Positions 21,601 to 30,851 are shown, counted from the first letter of the stretch. The stretch: 55,324 nt of DNA from a bacterium (GCA_019421005.1 JAHZGA010000003.1:1-55324), one strand, 5' to 3'. Notes: generated by a model from the letters alone, not told the origin. Translations and numbers: made by a program.

Positions 21601-22182
21601 AACTATTAAAGCAATTAAAATTATAATAAGTGGCAATAATTTTTTTAAAAGTAACATCATTCTAACTTTACCACTTATTGAATCATTTTTTGCTGGACCT
21701 TTATTTCCAAATAAACCTAAATTTTTAAATATGCCATTTTCTTTAGATAACCCTTCTTTATTGGGTAACCCCTTTTCATTGGGTAATTCTTCTTTTGATA
21801 GCTCACTATTTTTAGAACTTCCAGTATTATTTCCACTAGGATTATTTTTTTTATTTGGTGCTCCTCTTCTAAAATTAGTTAATCTATCAGCTTTATCTAA
21901 AAGTCCTTTATTATTAGCTTTTTCTAAAGCTTTAGACGCTAACGGATTTCTATTTATAGTCTTACCAGATGTATCTAGAATTTTTTTACCGGCTTTTGTT
22001 TTAGAGGCTATATCAACCGCTTTACCACCTAAAGCCCCTCCAAAATATGTACCAGCAGCTTTAGCTCCTAATTTAGCAGCTTTAGCTCCAGCTTCTTGTT
22101 TAGACTGTTTTTTAGCTGCTTTAGGATCTACTTCTTGTTGAGGATTAACCTCTCGATCATTTATATTATTATCATTTGGCAT
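18685..22182 (-). CDS. Multi-domain membrane-anchored peptidoglycan hydrolase (VirB1 role): SpoIID-like + M23 + two papain-fold (C39-like) Cys peptidase domains
   Basis: 1165 aa with a TM at aa 174-203. SpoIID-like EVQKAQAVAARTFAFTR...DQVY. M23 HTGIDYAA...GNHLHFEV. Two Cys/His modules: SGCSITSIAMAA...GGHYVVL and CKIGCAATSVAI...FGHYVAID. SD AGGTGAGG. Confidence 0.85.
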   Translation of the reverse strand: MPNDNNINDREVNPQQEVDPKAAKKQSKQEAGAKAAKLGAKAAGTYFGGALGGKAVDIASKTKAGKKILDTSGKTINRNPLASKALEKANNKGLLDKADRLTNFRRGAPNKKNNPSGNNTGSSKNSELSKEELPNEKGLPNKEGLSKENGIFKNLGLFGNKGPAKNDSISGKVRMMLLLKKLLPLIIILIALIVIFLSIFVLSESLYAKMEPIYSVIEWFKGNDKDITDIAPKDSNQAKFMEKLQKYNEKSSCSNGLNMKLLLATLNYDDSLDKIYDEESEYTYEEEQTDEEQSEGEQSDDVLKDVKKRTKKLVKAMEQGNCADENSAYDDYLRDEYIPKYLSAYYTPGADDEEDQIQKIIDDIHEQVDAYTYWFEDKNECELSSGGTNCSYNIDGQTVSNVKVELINCNATKKSNSTVLMTLDLEDYIKGVVYAEVSSESDPEVQKAQAVAARTFAFTRGGAMCPSKQYDCFVGYQKGTNTIRMRACENDQVYCDYKNGCSRGGGKVSEYVQGVPGWKSGLTGDALTTFENNLDQVAGQVLVDGTGNMFYTNFTQKSGQNQWAATVSSGGDYYAALQSFYGTDKEITSNCTASSDNFIAGIAGSSHLPITDYKRISSPYGERIHPISKKRKMHTGIDYAAAEGTSIYAIADGDVTRVQSLTTGYGNNVIIGHNKQSDGSYQYYTLYAHMLKYLVKEGDHVNGGQEIGKVGTTGTSTGNHLHFEVRDSSNSPIDPNPTLDAIKANTGSTDNSNSSSSNSTQTSTRASEDIYYNQHDYNDAYCESMIASYETNGKVCHEYPATISTSGCSITSIAMAAATLNNNPSITPVTVADWVCNNTDYRVPNSGTKWQIYSDAGLKEKFGINVTKIWDRSVSSKPSNAEIMNKIKEALKANKMIIASLVDNETGIDYHGIEYHNKQDPGTDKWATTGGHYVVLSSINEEGQIKVLDSASRERTGYYKEDTIASNYVGKINNGVWIIESSNSTTASACGPSNYTASGDFATWKQCGMSWSNDSLGSSSICKIGCAATSVAIQIARSGTEVTIPNLNPGTFVAHLSAHGGFDGNGIYWDAPRFTGLAPNFEFVDDYRFNPKSWSDVANKAKELIAQNYYLVITAKPSFGHYVAIDKVEGDTIYMFDPGSKLTKLNDIKYGPSVCNRILIYKKND

Positions 22183-22202
22183 ATCCTCACCTACTTCTTA
22201 TT

Positions 22203-23987
22203 TTAATATCCCCCACCTGAACCAAAAGAATCTAATTCTTGTTCAGTTACAACAACTTCTATTTGCATTCTTCTACTACCGCATACAAATAAAGCTTCAC
22301 CTTGATTATATCTTTTTATATTTTCTCTTTCATTATCATTTAAGTCAATTAATTTTGATAAATCTTCAACTGCTTGTTTTTTTAGTCCCATAACTAAATA
22401 ATATGAAGCATTATCAAATATAGCTTTTCCTTGAGTTATTACAGAAGGATCACTGAAATCACTTGGTTGTTGAGTTATAATCATTGTACCTGTATTATAT
22501 TTTCTCGAACGTCTTTGGATTTGAGCCAAGAAATCTGCTCCTAGCTTATTTCCACCACTCATTAAAACATGAGCTTCATCAACCATTAAAATAGTATTTA
22601 TTGTTCTATCTAAAGTTAGTCCCCATGCATATTTTAATATATTGAAGAACAAAGCATTTCTAACATTTTCATCAGCATTCATTAATTCTTTTATATTAAA
22701 TACAATAAAATCACTATTAGGACTTATAGTTGTATGACCATCAAAATAATATCTTAATTCTTTAACAATCGGTCTTACTTTTAGTTCCAATTTTTCCATA
22801 ATATCACGTTCATGAGTTTTTTCAGTCATTGATAATAATCTACCCTTAATTGTTGCATATACATCAGTAAAAGTTGGATAATCTTTAGAGGTAAATTTAG
22901 TAAAATCAGTTGAAAAATCCATTCCAAAACGTCTATATGTTTCTTGAATTATCTCACTGAAAAGTGTTACTACATCATCTTCAACATCAGGTGAATAATA
23001 TTTAAAAAATGCTTTAGATGTTTGTAATGCTCTTGTTAAAACAGCATAGCCTAATCCTTGTTTAGCCTCTTCTTCATCATAATCCAAGACTACTTCCAAA
23101 GGATTGACCATTCCATATTCTCCACCTTTTCCTAAATCGATATAATCTCCACCATATAATTTTACCATCTCATCTAATTCACCTTCAGGATCAATTACAA
23201 TAATTTGATGATTATTTCTTATATGAGTTCTCAATACTAATTTAGCAGCTGTAGATTTACCTGAACCAGATGTACCTAAAATTATCATATTGGCATTATT
23301 TCTATTATGCTCTTTTTTTATTTGATATAAAAATTGATTAAATAAAATTACTCCGCCTGAAAAATCAACTCCAAGTAAACAAGATAATCCTGGGTCTTTT
23401 ATACTATCAAAAACAAAAGGATACATGGCTGCTAAAGTTGGTGCTGGAATTGGAGTTCCTATATGATCTTCAATTGCTTGTTTTGGATAAATTGGTAGAA
23501 TAGATTTTAAAACTTTTTCTTGTTCAAAACGAAGTGGAAAAGCTCGCATTTCCATTGCTTCAACATAGTTTTTAACTTGTAATTTTTTGGCTATCAACTC
23601 ATCTTCAGAATTAGCTGTAATCATAATATGTAATTGAAAATCATATATTTTAGATTGATTAGCTGCTAATTGAGAGATGAATTGTTCCAAAGATTCATAA
23701 TCTTGTCTAATCATTTCTTGTCTAGTTCTATCATACTCTTCAGTATATTTTACCTTTAAATCTGCAATTTCTTTATTTAACATCTTTTGAATAACACTGA
23801 AAGGTAGAGGAATATGTTTTGCAACAACCTTAATACCTGACATTTGAGTTAATGATGATAAATATCCAGTATTTATGTATTTTGGATAAGAAACAACCGT
23901 TAAGATAGTTGCATATTTATCACTTATTATAAATTCACTAGGTTTAAATTCTAAACCTTTAGGGGCAATTTCCTTTTTTATATTCAT
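22203..23987 (-). CDS. VirB4-family T4SS ATPase (TraE/TcpF/PrgJ-like), lacking the usual N-terminal ~180 aa
   Basis: Walker A GTSGSGKST and Walker B ILMVDEAH. The entry APKGLEFKPSEFIISDKYATILTVVSYP is typical of the region after the N-terminal domain in Gram-positive VirB4 proteins. Confidence 0.9.
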   Translation of the reverse strand: MNIKKEIAPKGLEFKPSEFIISDKYATILTVVSYPKYINTGYLSSLTQMSGIKVVAKHIPLPFSVIQKMLNKEIADLKVKYTEEYDRTRQEMIRQDYESLEQFISQLAANQSKIYDFQLHIMITANSEDELIAKKLQVKNYVEAMEMRAFPLRFEQEKVLKSILPIYPKQAIEDHIGTPIPAPTLAAMYPFVFDSIKDPGLSCLLGVDFSGGVILFNQFLYQIKKEHNRNNANMIILGTSGSGKSTAAKLVLRTHIRNNHQIIVIDPEGELDEMVKLYGGDYIDLGKGGEYGMVNPLEVVLDYDEEEAKQGLGYAVLTRALQTSKAFFKYYSPDVEDDVVTLFSEIIQETYRRFGMDFSTDFTKFTSKDYPTFTDVYATIKGRLLSMTEKTHERDIMEKLELKVRPIVKELRYYFDGHTTISPNSDFIVFNIKELMNADENVRNALFFNILKYAWGLTLDRTINTILMVDEAHVLMSGGNKLGADFLAQIQRRSRKYNTGTMIITQQPSDFSDPSVITQGKAIFDNASYYLVMGLKKQAVEDLSKLIDLNDNERENIKRYNQGEALFVCGSRRMQIEVVVTEQELDSFGSGGGY

Positions 23988-24532
23988 CCTATCACCGTCC
24001 CAAAATTAGTTGTTTGTCCAGCGTTTAAGAAATTATCCAAAATAAGTCTTAAATCTTCATTTGTTACTTGATGTGAATTTAATCCAGCATTTGCTAAACT
24101 TGTAATTAAATTTCTTAATTTTTTTCCTATTAATTCTTGATCCTTTTCTTTAAATAAAATAAAGTATTCTGTATCAGCAACATTATTGCTAATAAACATT
24201 CCTATTTTATTAATATCTTCATTTATCATTTTTCTTCTTATAGGGTCATTAGTGTTATTAAACAGTAGTTGTAGTTCAGCTTGATAAGCATTTATATCTA
24301 CTGGTCTATCTGCTACAACTAACCAAAATTCATAGTCAATTTGATTATAAACATTTTTTAGATTATCTATTACTGCCATTTGAGTGCTATAATCACTTAT
24401 GAAAATATTTCTTGGTAATATTTTCACACCAGTTACATTTAATCTATTATCTAATAAAATCATTCCATTATTAATTGCTCTTACAGGAATATCATCAACT
24501 GTATATTTACTTCTTACTTTTTTTTCTGACAT
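23984..24532 (-). CDS. VirB4 N-terminal-domain-like protein (separate ORF, ATGA overlap with the ATPase ORF)
   Basis: 182 aa from the ATG at 24532. DDIPVRAINNGMILLDNRLNVTGVKILPRNIF...EFWLVVADRPVDI resembles the N-terminal module of full-length Gram-positive VirB4 proteins. Its stop TGA overlaps the next ATG. Confidence 0.65.
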   Translation of the reverse strand: MSEKKVRSKYTVDDIPVRAINNGMILLDNRLNVTGVKILPRNIFISDYSTQMAVIDNLKNVYNQIDYEFWLVVADRPVDINAYQAELQLLFNNTNDPIRRKMINEDINKIGMFISNNVADTEYFILFKEKDQELIGKKLRNLITSLANAGLNSHQVTNEDLRLILDNFLNAGQTTNFGTVIG

Positions 24533-24827
24533 CGTAATAACTCCAACCTTTCCATTCAAATTTTTGATTATTAGTATAAAAATCAATTATAGCTTTTAAA
24601 ATAGTTAACATATTATGATAATTAGGAACTGGTAATACCAGAAATCCTGTTATTAATCCTGGGGCAATTGCTAGTAGCGCAACTGTTAAACTTTTTAGAG
24701 GTAAGACTAGTAATAATATAAAAGTTACTACTAGTCCACTTCCAAATAAAATTAAATCAAATTTATTAAACAAACCAAATATTAGCATTGATTTTTTACT
24801 ATTAGCTGGAATTAAATATCCATTCAT
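24507..24827 (-). CDS. PrgI/VirB3-like small membrane protein
   Basis: 106 aa from the ATG at 24827 (SD AGGTGAT). YLIPANSKKSMLIFGLFNKFDLILFGSGL followed by two TM segments. It sits directly upstream of VirB4, as in other Gram-positive T4SS. Confidence 0.6.
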   Translation of the reverse strand: MNGYLIPANSKKSMLIFGLFNKFDLILFGSGLVVTFILLLVLPLKSLTVALLAIAPGLITGFLVLPVPNYHNMLTILKAIIDFYTNNQKFEWKGWSYYDVRKKSKK

Positions 24828-24892
24828 TAGTATCACCTATCCTTTTTATCTATTTTTTCAAAATACAAAGTGTTTATAACAGATCTAATTTA

Positions 24893-26809
24893 TTACTGTT
24901 GTTGTCTTCCTCTATTAGCTGGGTTATTAGGACTATTCTCCCATTCAACTCTTGCATCAGCGTTCATTAAACGTGCGTCTCTTTCAGTAATCTGTTGATC
25001 TGATCCAGTTCCCGTATTTCGATTGTTACTATTATTATTATTATTTACATTAGAATTAATTCCTTGAAAATCACTATCAGTTGCGAGATCTGCCATTGCC
25101 CTATCAGCTTTTCTTATATCTGCTTTGGCACTCTCATCAATTCTAAATTGAGTTTTTATTGAATTAATTTGATCACTATAAACATTCGCCATAGATTTAT
25201 ATCTAGCAGCTTTACCAAATAATCTTTCTGCTTCGCTTTGATTTCCAGACTGTGCTGCTTGTTCAGCTTGAGCCCTAAAAAGATCTGCCGCATTCGATGC
25301 TGTATTTCTTTTTTCCTTTAAAACATCCATTTCAGCTTTAGCTCCTTTTTTTCCACCTAAAGTGTCGTAAACAGACCACGTTTTAAAATCCTTACCGAAC
25401 ATTCCTTTTGCTACGTTATTAGCACCTTTAGAAAACGATCCAAAGAACCCATCTTTTTCAGTTACACCTTTATGTCCAGTAAGTAGTCCTCCAACAGCAC
25501 CTCTAAATGCATGACCAGATTCTTTACCATATTTGGCGCCTGCATAAACTGCTCCAGCTGTTCCAACTGTTTTAGCAACACCAGGAACAGATGCTAATTT
25601 CTTGCTAGGGTTTAAAGTAAATCCGCCATCTAATTTAACGCCTATGATATTTTCAATTAATTTAGGTAATTGTTTTGCAAATAATAATGCTCCAAAAATT
25701 ATAAATATATAGATTAAGGAATTATGAATAAATCCACCACTTTGATCGGATACATCACCTTTAACATTAATATACATTTCAGGTAACATTTGAACAACAT
25801 ATAATGCAAAGAAAATAGCAATTAATCTTATAAACAAATCAAAATATGTTGTTAAGCATTGCTTTACCCATTTTTTAAAAATTCCACTACTTTTTGGCTC
25901 AGCATATGTAACAATAGGAATAGGTGCAATTAATTGTAAAAATGCTAACTTAACCAATCGTACAGCTATATCAAAACAAAACATAACCAATATCCAGGCT
26001 AAAAATCCGCCAGCTATTAAAGCCATAATTCCATGAAAATTAAACGTTGCTACCTTTTCGCCATCAATTTCTGATTTTGCTTTTATAATATCTGTATCAG
26101 TCAAAATATTGATATTCGTATCCTGATAAGCATATGATAATACATCAGAAATTTGTCCATCAAATGATGTACCAGTTGCAGCATTCAAAACTTCAGCGCA
26201 TTCATCTCTCATTACTAAATCTGAATTGCCTATATCATGCTTTGAATCAATTACCTCTCTTATATCAGAATTATCAGCTCCACTAAAAAGGTTATAACGA
26301 CATTCTTTGTTCTCGTCACTATTAAATATTGCAGGATTTGGTCCATAAAAAACTGATAAAGTCATAAAAGCCATATATTCTCCTTCGCTTTCGTAAGAAA
26401 TTACATCTCCTTGTTCCTCTTGACCAGCACCTAAAAAGAAATTAGGTATAACATTATTGGTCAAAATTAACCTTTGAATTTTCATTCCCATATCAAAGAT
26501 AAATGGTATTGAAACTAGTAAAATTAGCACAACACAAATATTCAAAACCAACTTTCCAATACCCTTATTCTTATCAGTAAACAAATCAGGATTTACTATA
26601 TAAGATATAAGTGAAAAAGTTAATTTAAATAACATTAATATTGCCAAAAGAACATATATTCTTGAACTGAAATCAGAAAATTGACTTTCAGTAAATAGTT
26701 CAACATTGGTTAAATCTATCAACAAATCATAAGCTTTTTCAGCAAACCAGAATACTGTGTTATCAAGCCATAAGAAGACTTGTTGAATTAAGGTAAGTCC
26801 CGAAAACAT
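24893..26809 (-). CDS. VirB6-like polytopic membrane protein with a long G/A/K/N/Q-rich C-terminal tail
   Basis: 638 aa with at least six hydrophobic segments and one large loop. The tail is about 230 aa and hydrophilic. SD GAGAGGTGA. The position between pilin genes and VirB3/VirB4 is typical. Confidence 0.65.
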   Translation of the reverse strand: MFSGLTLIQQVFLWLDNTVFWFAEKAYDLLIDLTNVELFTESQFSDFSSRIYVLLAILMLFKLTFSLISYIVNPDLFTDKNKGIGKLVLNICVVLILLVSIPFIFDMGMKIQRLILTNNVIPNFFLGAGQEEQGDVISYESEGEYMAFMTLSVFYGPNPAIFNSDENKECRYNLFSGADNSDIREVIDSKHDIGNSDLVMRDECAEVLNAATGTSFDGQISDVLSYAYQDTNINILTDTDIIKAKSEIDGEKVATFNFHGIMALIAGGFLAWILVMFCFDIAVRLVKLAFLQLIAPIPIVTYAEPKSSGIFKKWVKQCLTTYFDLFIRLIAIFFALYVVQMLPEMYINVKGDVSDQSGGFIHNSLIYIFIIFGALLFAKQLPKLIENIIGVKLDGGFTLNPSKKLASVPGVAKTVGTAGAVYAGAKYGKESGHAFRGAVGGLLTGHKGVTEKDGFFGSFSKGANNVAKGMFGKDFKTWSVYDTLGGKKGAKAEMDVLKEKRNTASNAADLFRAQAEQAAQSGNQSEAERLFGKAARYKSMANVYSDQINSIKTQFRIDESAKADIRKADRAMADLATDSDFQGINSNVNNNNNSNNRNTGTGSDQQITERDARLMNADARVEWENSPNNPANRGRQQQ

Positions 26810-26822
26810 TTAATCACCTCTC

Positions 26823-27707
26823 TTAATAATCAGTTTTCACACCGCAAAAGATACTATCTTTATCAACATTATCGAAATCTATTTGAGTTAATACGAACTT
26901 AACTAATAGCGGTAATAATAATAATAACGCTAAAGCTACTATACGTCTAATAAAATTTTTCCAAGCTTTTTTCATCCCGTCATCTTTAGCGCCAGTAACA
27001 GCTCCTATAAAATCTTTTATTCCTAAAATCATTGTTAAAACGAATGCTGCAACAATAGCTAAATATAAAACTTTACTTATTTCATCGGCAACCTCTTTTG
27101 GAACCAATCCACACCCTTCTACCATTTCAGCAGTAGTGTTAGATTGTGGCTTATTACTATCTTTAACATACTTCTTTTTAAAATCTTCAATAGTTCTATC
27201 GCCTTGTCGATTATCATCCGCATCATCAGCATTTTTCCCACCAGATACAGCTGCAAAATTATAATATTTACATTTGTTTTTATCATCACCACAATACTTT
27301 TTCAATGTAGAACTAGGATTTTTTTTTGTTCCAGCTCCCAAATATCCTACTGAATTAACTTTTCCAGTTATTCCGCTTGAAGTTTGAGTATCAACCGTTA
27401 ACATCAGTTTAGGACATTTTTTATTCTTTAGCACCCATTCTTCAATTGATTTTTGGTTTTTTTCATCCAACGAAACACTATATCCACTACCTGGAGTAAG
27501 TGTAGTTTCTATTTTTTTTCCACCATTTGTTGCTTCAAACCTTACTCTGTGATATATTTCATGAATAACCTCATAATCACAAGCAATTGCTGCATATTTT
27601 TCTCCTTCAACAGAAAATATATTATTATTTTCATCACCTTTTACATTACCAATAAATAGAAATGAAAAAGCTATAATTATAAATCCTAATAAAATATTTT
27701 TTTTCAT
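26823..27707 (-). CDS. Secreted Cys-containing domain fused to a C-terminal VirB2-like two-TM pilin module
   Basis: Signal peptide MKKNILLGFIIIAFSFLFIGNVKG and a domain of about 170 aa. The following CG..TM..KDDGMKKAWKNFIRRI..TM..C module aligns with the two small pilin-like proteins. SD GAGGAGTG. Confidence 0.6.
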   Translation of the reverse strand: MKKNILLGFIIIAFSFLFIGNVKGDENNNIFSVEGEKYAAIACDYEVIHEIYHRVRFEATNGGKKIETTLTPGSGYSVSLDEKNQKSIEEWVLKNKKCPKLMLTVDTQTSSGITGKVNSVGYLGAGTKKNPSSTLKKYCGDDKNKCKYYNFAAVSGGKNADDADDNRQGDRTIEDFKKKYVKDSNKPQSNTTAEMVEGCGLVPKEVADEISKVLYLAIVAAFVLTMILGIKDFIGAVTGAKDDGMKKAWKNFIRRIVALALLLLLPLLVKFVLTQIDFDNVDKDSIFCGVKTDY

Positions 27708-27814
27708 TTATATCACTCCTCGTAATATAATAATTACAATTATACATAATATATTATAACATAAAAAAAAGCAATAATATATACCTTATTATCACTTTTT
27801 TATTTTTGTTATAT

Positions 27815-28138
27815 TTATGCTTTTAAAATTTTATCAATACATTCAACAATATTACTTGAAGTTCCACCTTCAACAACTAAACCTACAACAAACTTAACAA
27901 TAACTACTACGAAGAATACAATTAAAGCCGCCAACAGTCTTGATAGAAAAGTTTTCCAACCTTTTTTTATATCATCTTCTTTTTGTTGAATAACAGCTTT
28001 TCCTAAATCTAACATTCCCCAGACAATTAATAAAATAGGAACACCTATATATATAAAGTTTATTACCATCGCTACTATATGTGCCAGTTGTTGAGGAATA
28101 CTAACTCCATCTCCACACGAAATATCTAATATAAACAT
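27815..28138 (-). CDS. VirB2/TrbC-like pilin-type protein, paralog 2
   Basis: 107 aa with two TM segments separated by the basic loop QQKEDDIKKGWKTFLSR. SD GAGGAGG. Shares YIGVPILLIVWGMLDLGKA with paralog 1. Confidence 0.6.
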   Translation of the reverse strand: MFILDISCGDGVSIPQQLAHIVAMVINFIYIGVPILLIVWGMLDLGKAVIQQKEDDIKKGWKTFLSRLLAALIVFFVVVIVKFVVGLVVEGGTSSNIVECIDKILKA

Positions 28139-28164
28139 AATTAAACCTCCTCGTTTCTAAATAT

Positions 28165-28193
28165 ATCTTACTTTAATTTTAAATATTTGTCAA
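28165..28193 (-). promoter_or_regulatory. Candidate internal promoter before pilin paralog 2 (TTGACA-17-TAAGAT), -35 inside a 7-bp inverted repeat
   Basis: TTGACA at 28193-88 and TAAGAT at 28170-65. tgtcaat (28188-94) and attgaca (28208-14) form an inverted repeat overlapping the -35. Confidence 0.45.
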
Positions 28194-28255
28194 TATAATA
28201 ATTTAAAATTGACACTTATTTACTTAATTTATCATTATATTATTCATTATTTTAT

Positions 28256-28576
28256 TTAATAATCAATTAACTTATCAACGCATTCCGAAACACCATACAT
28301 TCCTGGTAAATCTGCTTTAGCTAAAATTCCTAAAACAAATTCTACTGCTACTGCTATAAAAAATACTAAAACAGCACTTAATAAACGTTTAAAAAACATT
28401 TTTTGGTGTTTCTTAATTTCATCTTCTTTCTGACTAATAGTTGCTTTTCCTAAATCTAACATTCCCCAAACAATTAATAAAATAGGAACACCTATATAAA
28501 AAGCCTTAATTAACATACTTACAATAACAGCTATTGTTTCTGGAATAGTAAAAGTTCCACAAGTAATATCTAGCAT
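28256..28576 (-). CDS. VirB2/TrbC-like pilin-type protein, paralog 1
   Basis: 106 aa with two TM segments, a basic loop SQKEDEIKKHQKMFFKR and SD GAAGGAGGG. It is the first gene of the cluster. Confidence 0.6.
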   Translation of the reverse strand: MLDITCGTFTIPETIAVIVSMLIKAFYIGVPILLIVWGMLDLGKATISQKEDEIKKHQKMFFKRLLSAVLVFFIAVAVEFVLGILAKADLPGMYGVSECVDKLIDY

Positions 28577-28596
28577 AGTAACCCTCCTTCAATAAT

Positions 28597-28625
28597 ATTA
28601 TACTCATGTTTTAATCATAAATCAA
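28597..28625 (-). promoter_or_regulatory. Candidate promoter of the T4SS cluster (TTGATT-17-TATAAT)
   Basis: TTGATT at 28625-20, 17-nt spacer, TATAAT at 28602-28597, about 20 nt upstream of the SD of the first pilin gene. Confidence 0.45.
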
Positions 28626-28738
28626 TCAAATTCATGAAATTTATTATTATGAAGTTTATTTTTTACTTGAATATTATTTTAAATTCAAAATATATTATCT
28701 ACGTTATATCTATATATAGGTTTTTATACATTATAATA

Positions 28739-30721
<1,983 letters not shown>

Positions 30722-30851
30722 CTAATAATAGTATACAACATTTTCTAGTGTTTTAAAAGAAAAGTTTATTGTTATTACCAGAAAACTTAAATTATGATAA
30801 AATATTAATGTTCATTTAATAATTTTTTTATATTATAATGGTGGTGATTTT

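Larger units (their letters stand above)
14918..28625 (-). other. Type IV secretion (conjugation-like mating-pair-formation) gene cluster of 11 co-directional genes; no relaxase or integrase seen
   Basis: Sum of the individual calls below: VirD4, VirB4 (split), VirB3-like, VirB6-like, wall hydrolase, two anchored paralogs, three VirB2-like modules. Bounded by ligA and rhodanese/pyrG. Confidence 0.75.

Noticed and set aside
21476-22141. 221-aa plus-strand ORF, the longest unassigned ORF in the track
   Set aside because: It lies entirely antisense to the G/A/K-rich N-terminal region of the hydrolase gene. Its product is low-complexity L/P/F/S-rich with no SD. The compositional bias of the sense strand explains the open frame.
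14918-28625. Alternative identities for the cluster: prophage, type VII secretion, or competence pseudopilus
   Set aside because: There are no capsid, portal, terminase or tail genes. There is no EssC-type FtsK/SpoIIIE ATPase or WXG100 gene, and no ComG-type prepilin with a peptidase motif. The paired VirB4 and VirD4 ATPases, together with the VirB3- and VirB6-like proteins, are diagnostic of a T4SS.
14854-28738. Direct repeats or att sites flanking the T4SS cluster (14854-14917 versus 28577-28738)
   Set aside because: Only trivial AT-rich similarity was seen (for example acatattatat versus acattataatat), and no tRNA or recombinase gene lies at either edge. A proper repeat search is still advisable.
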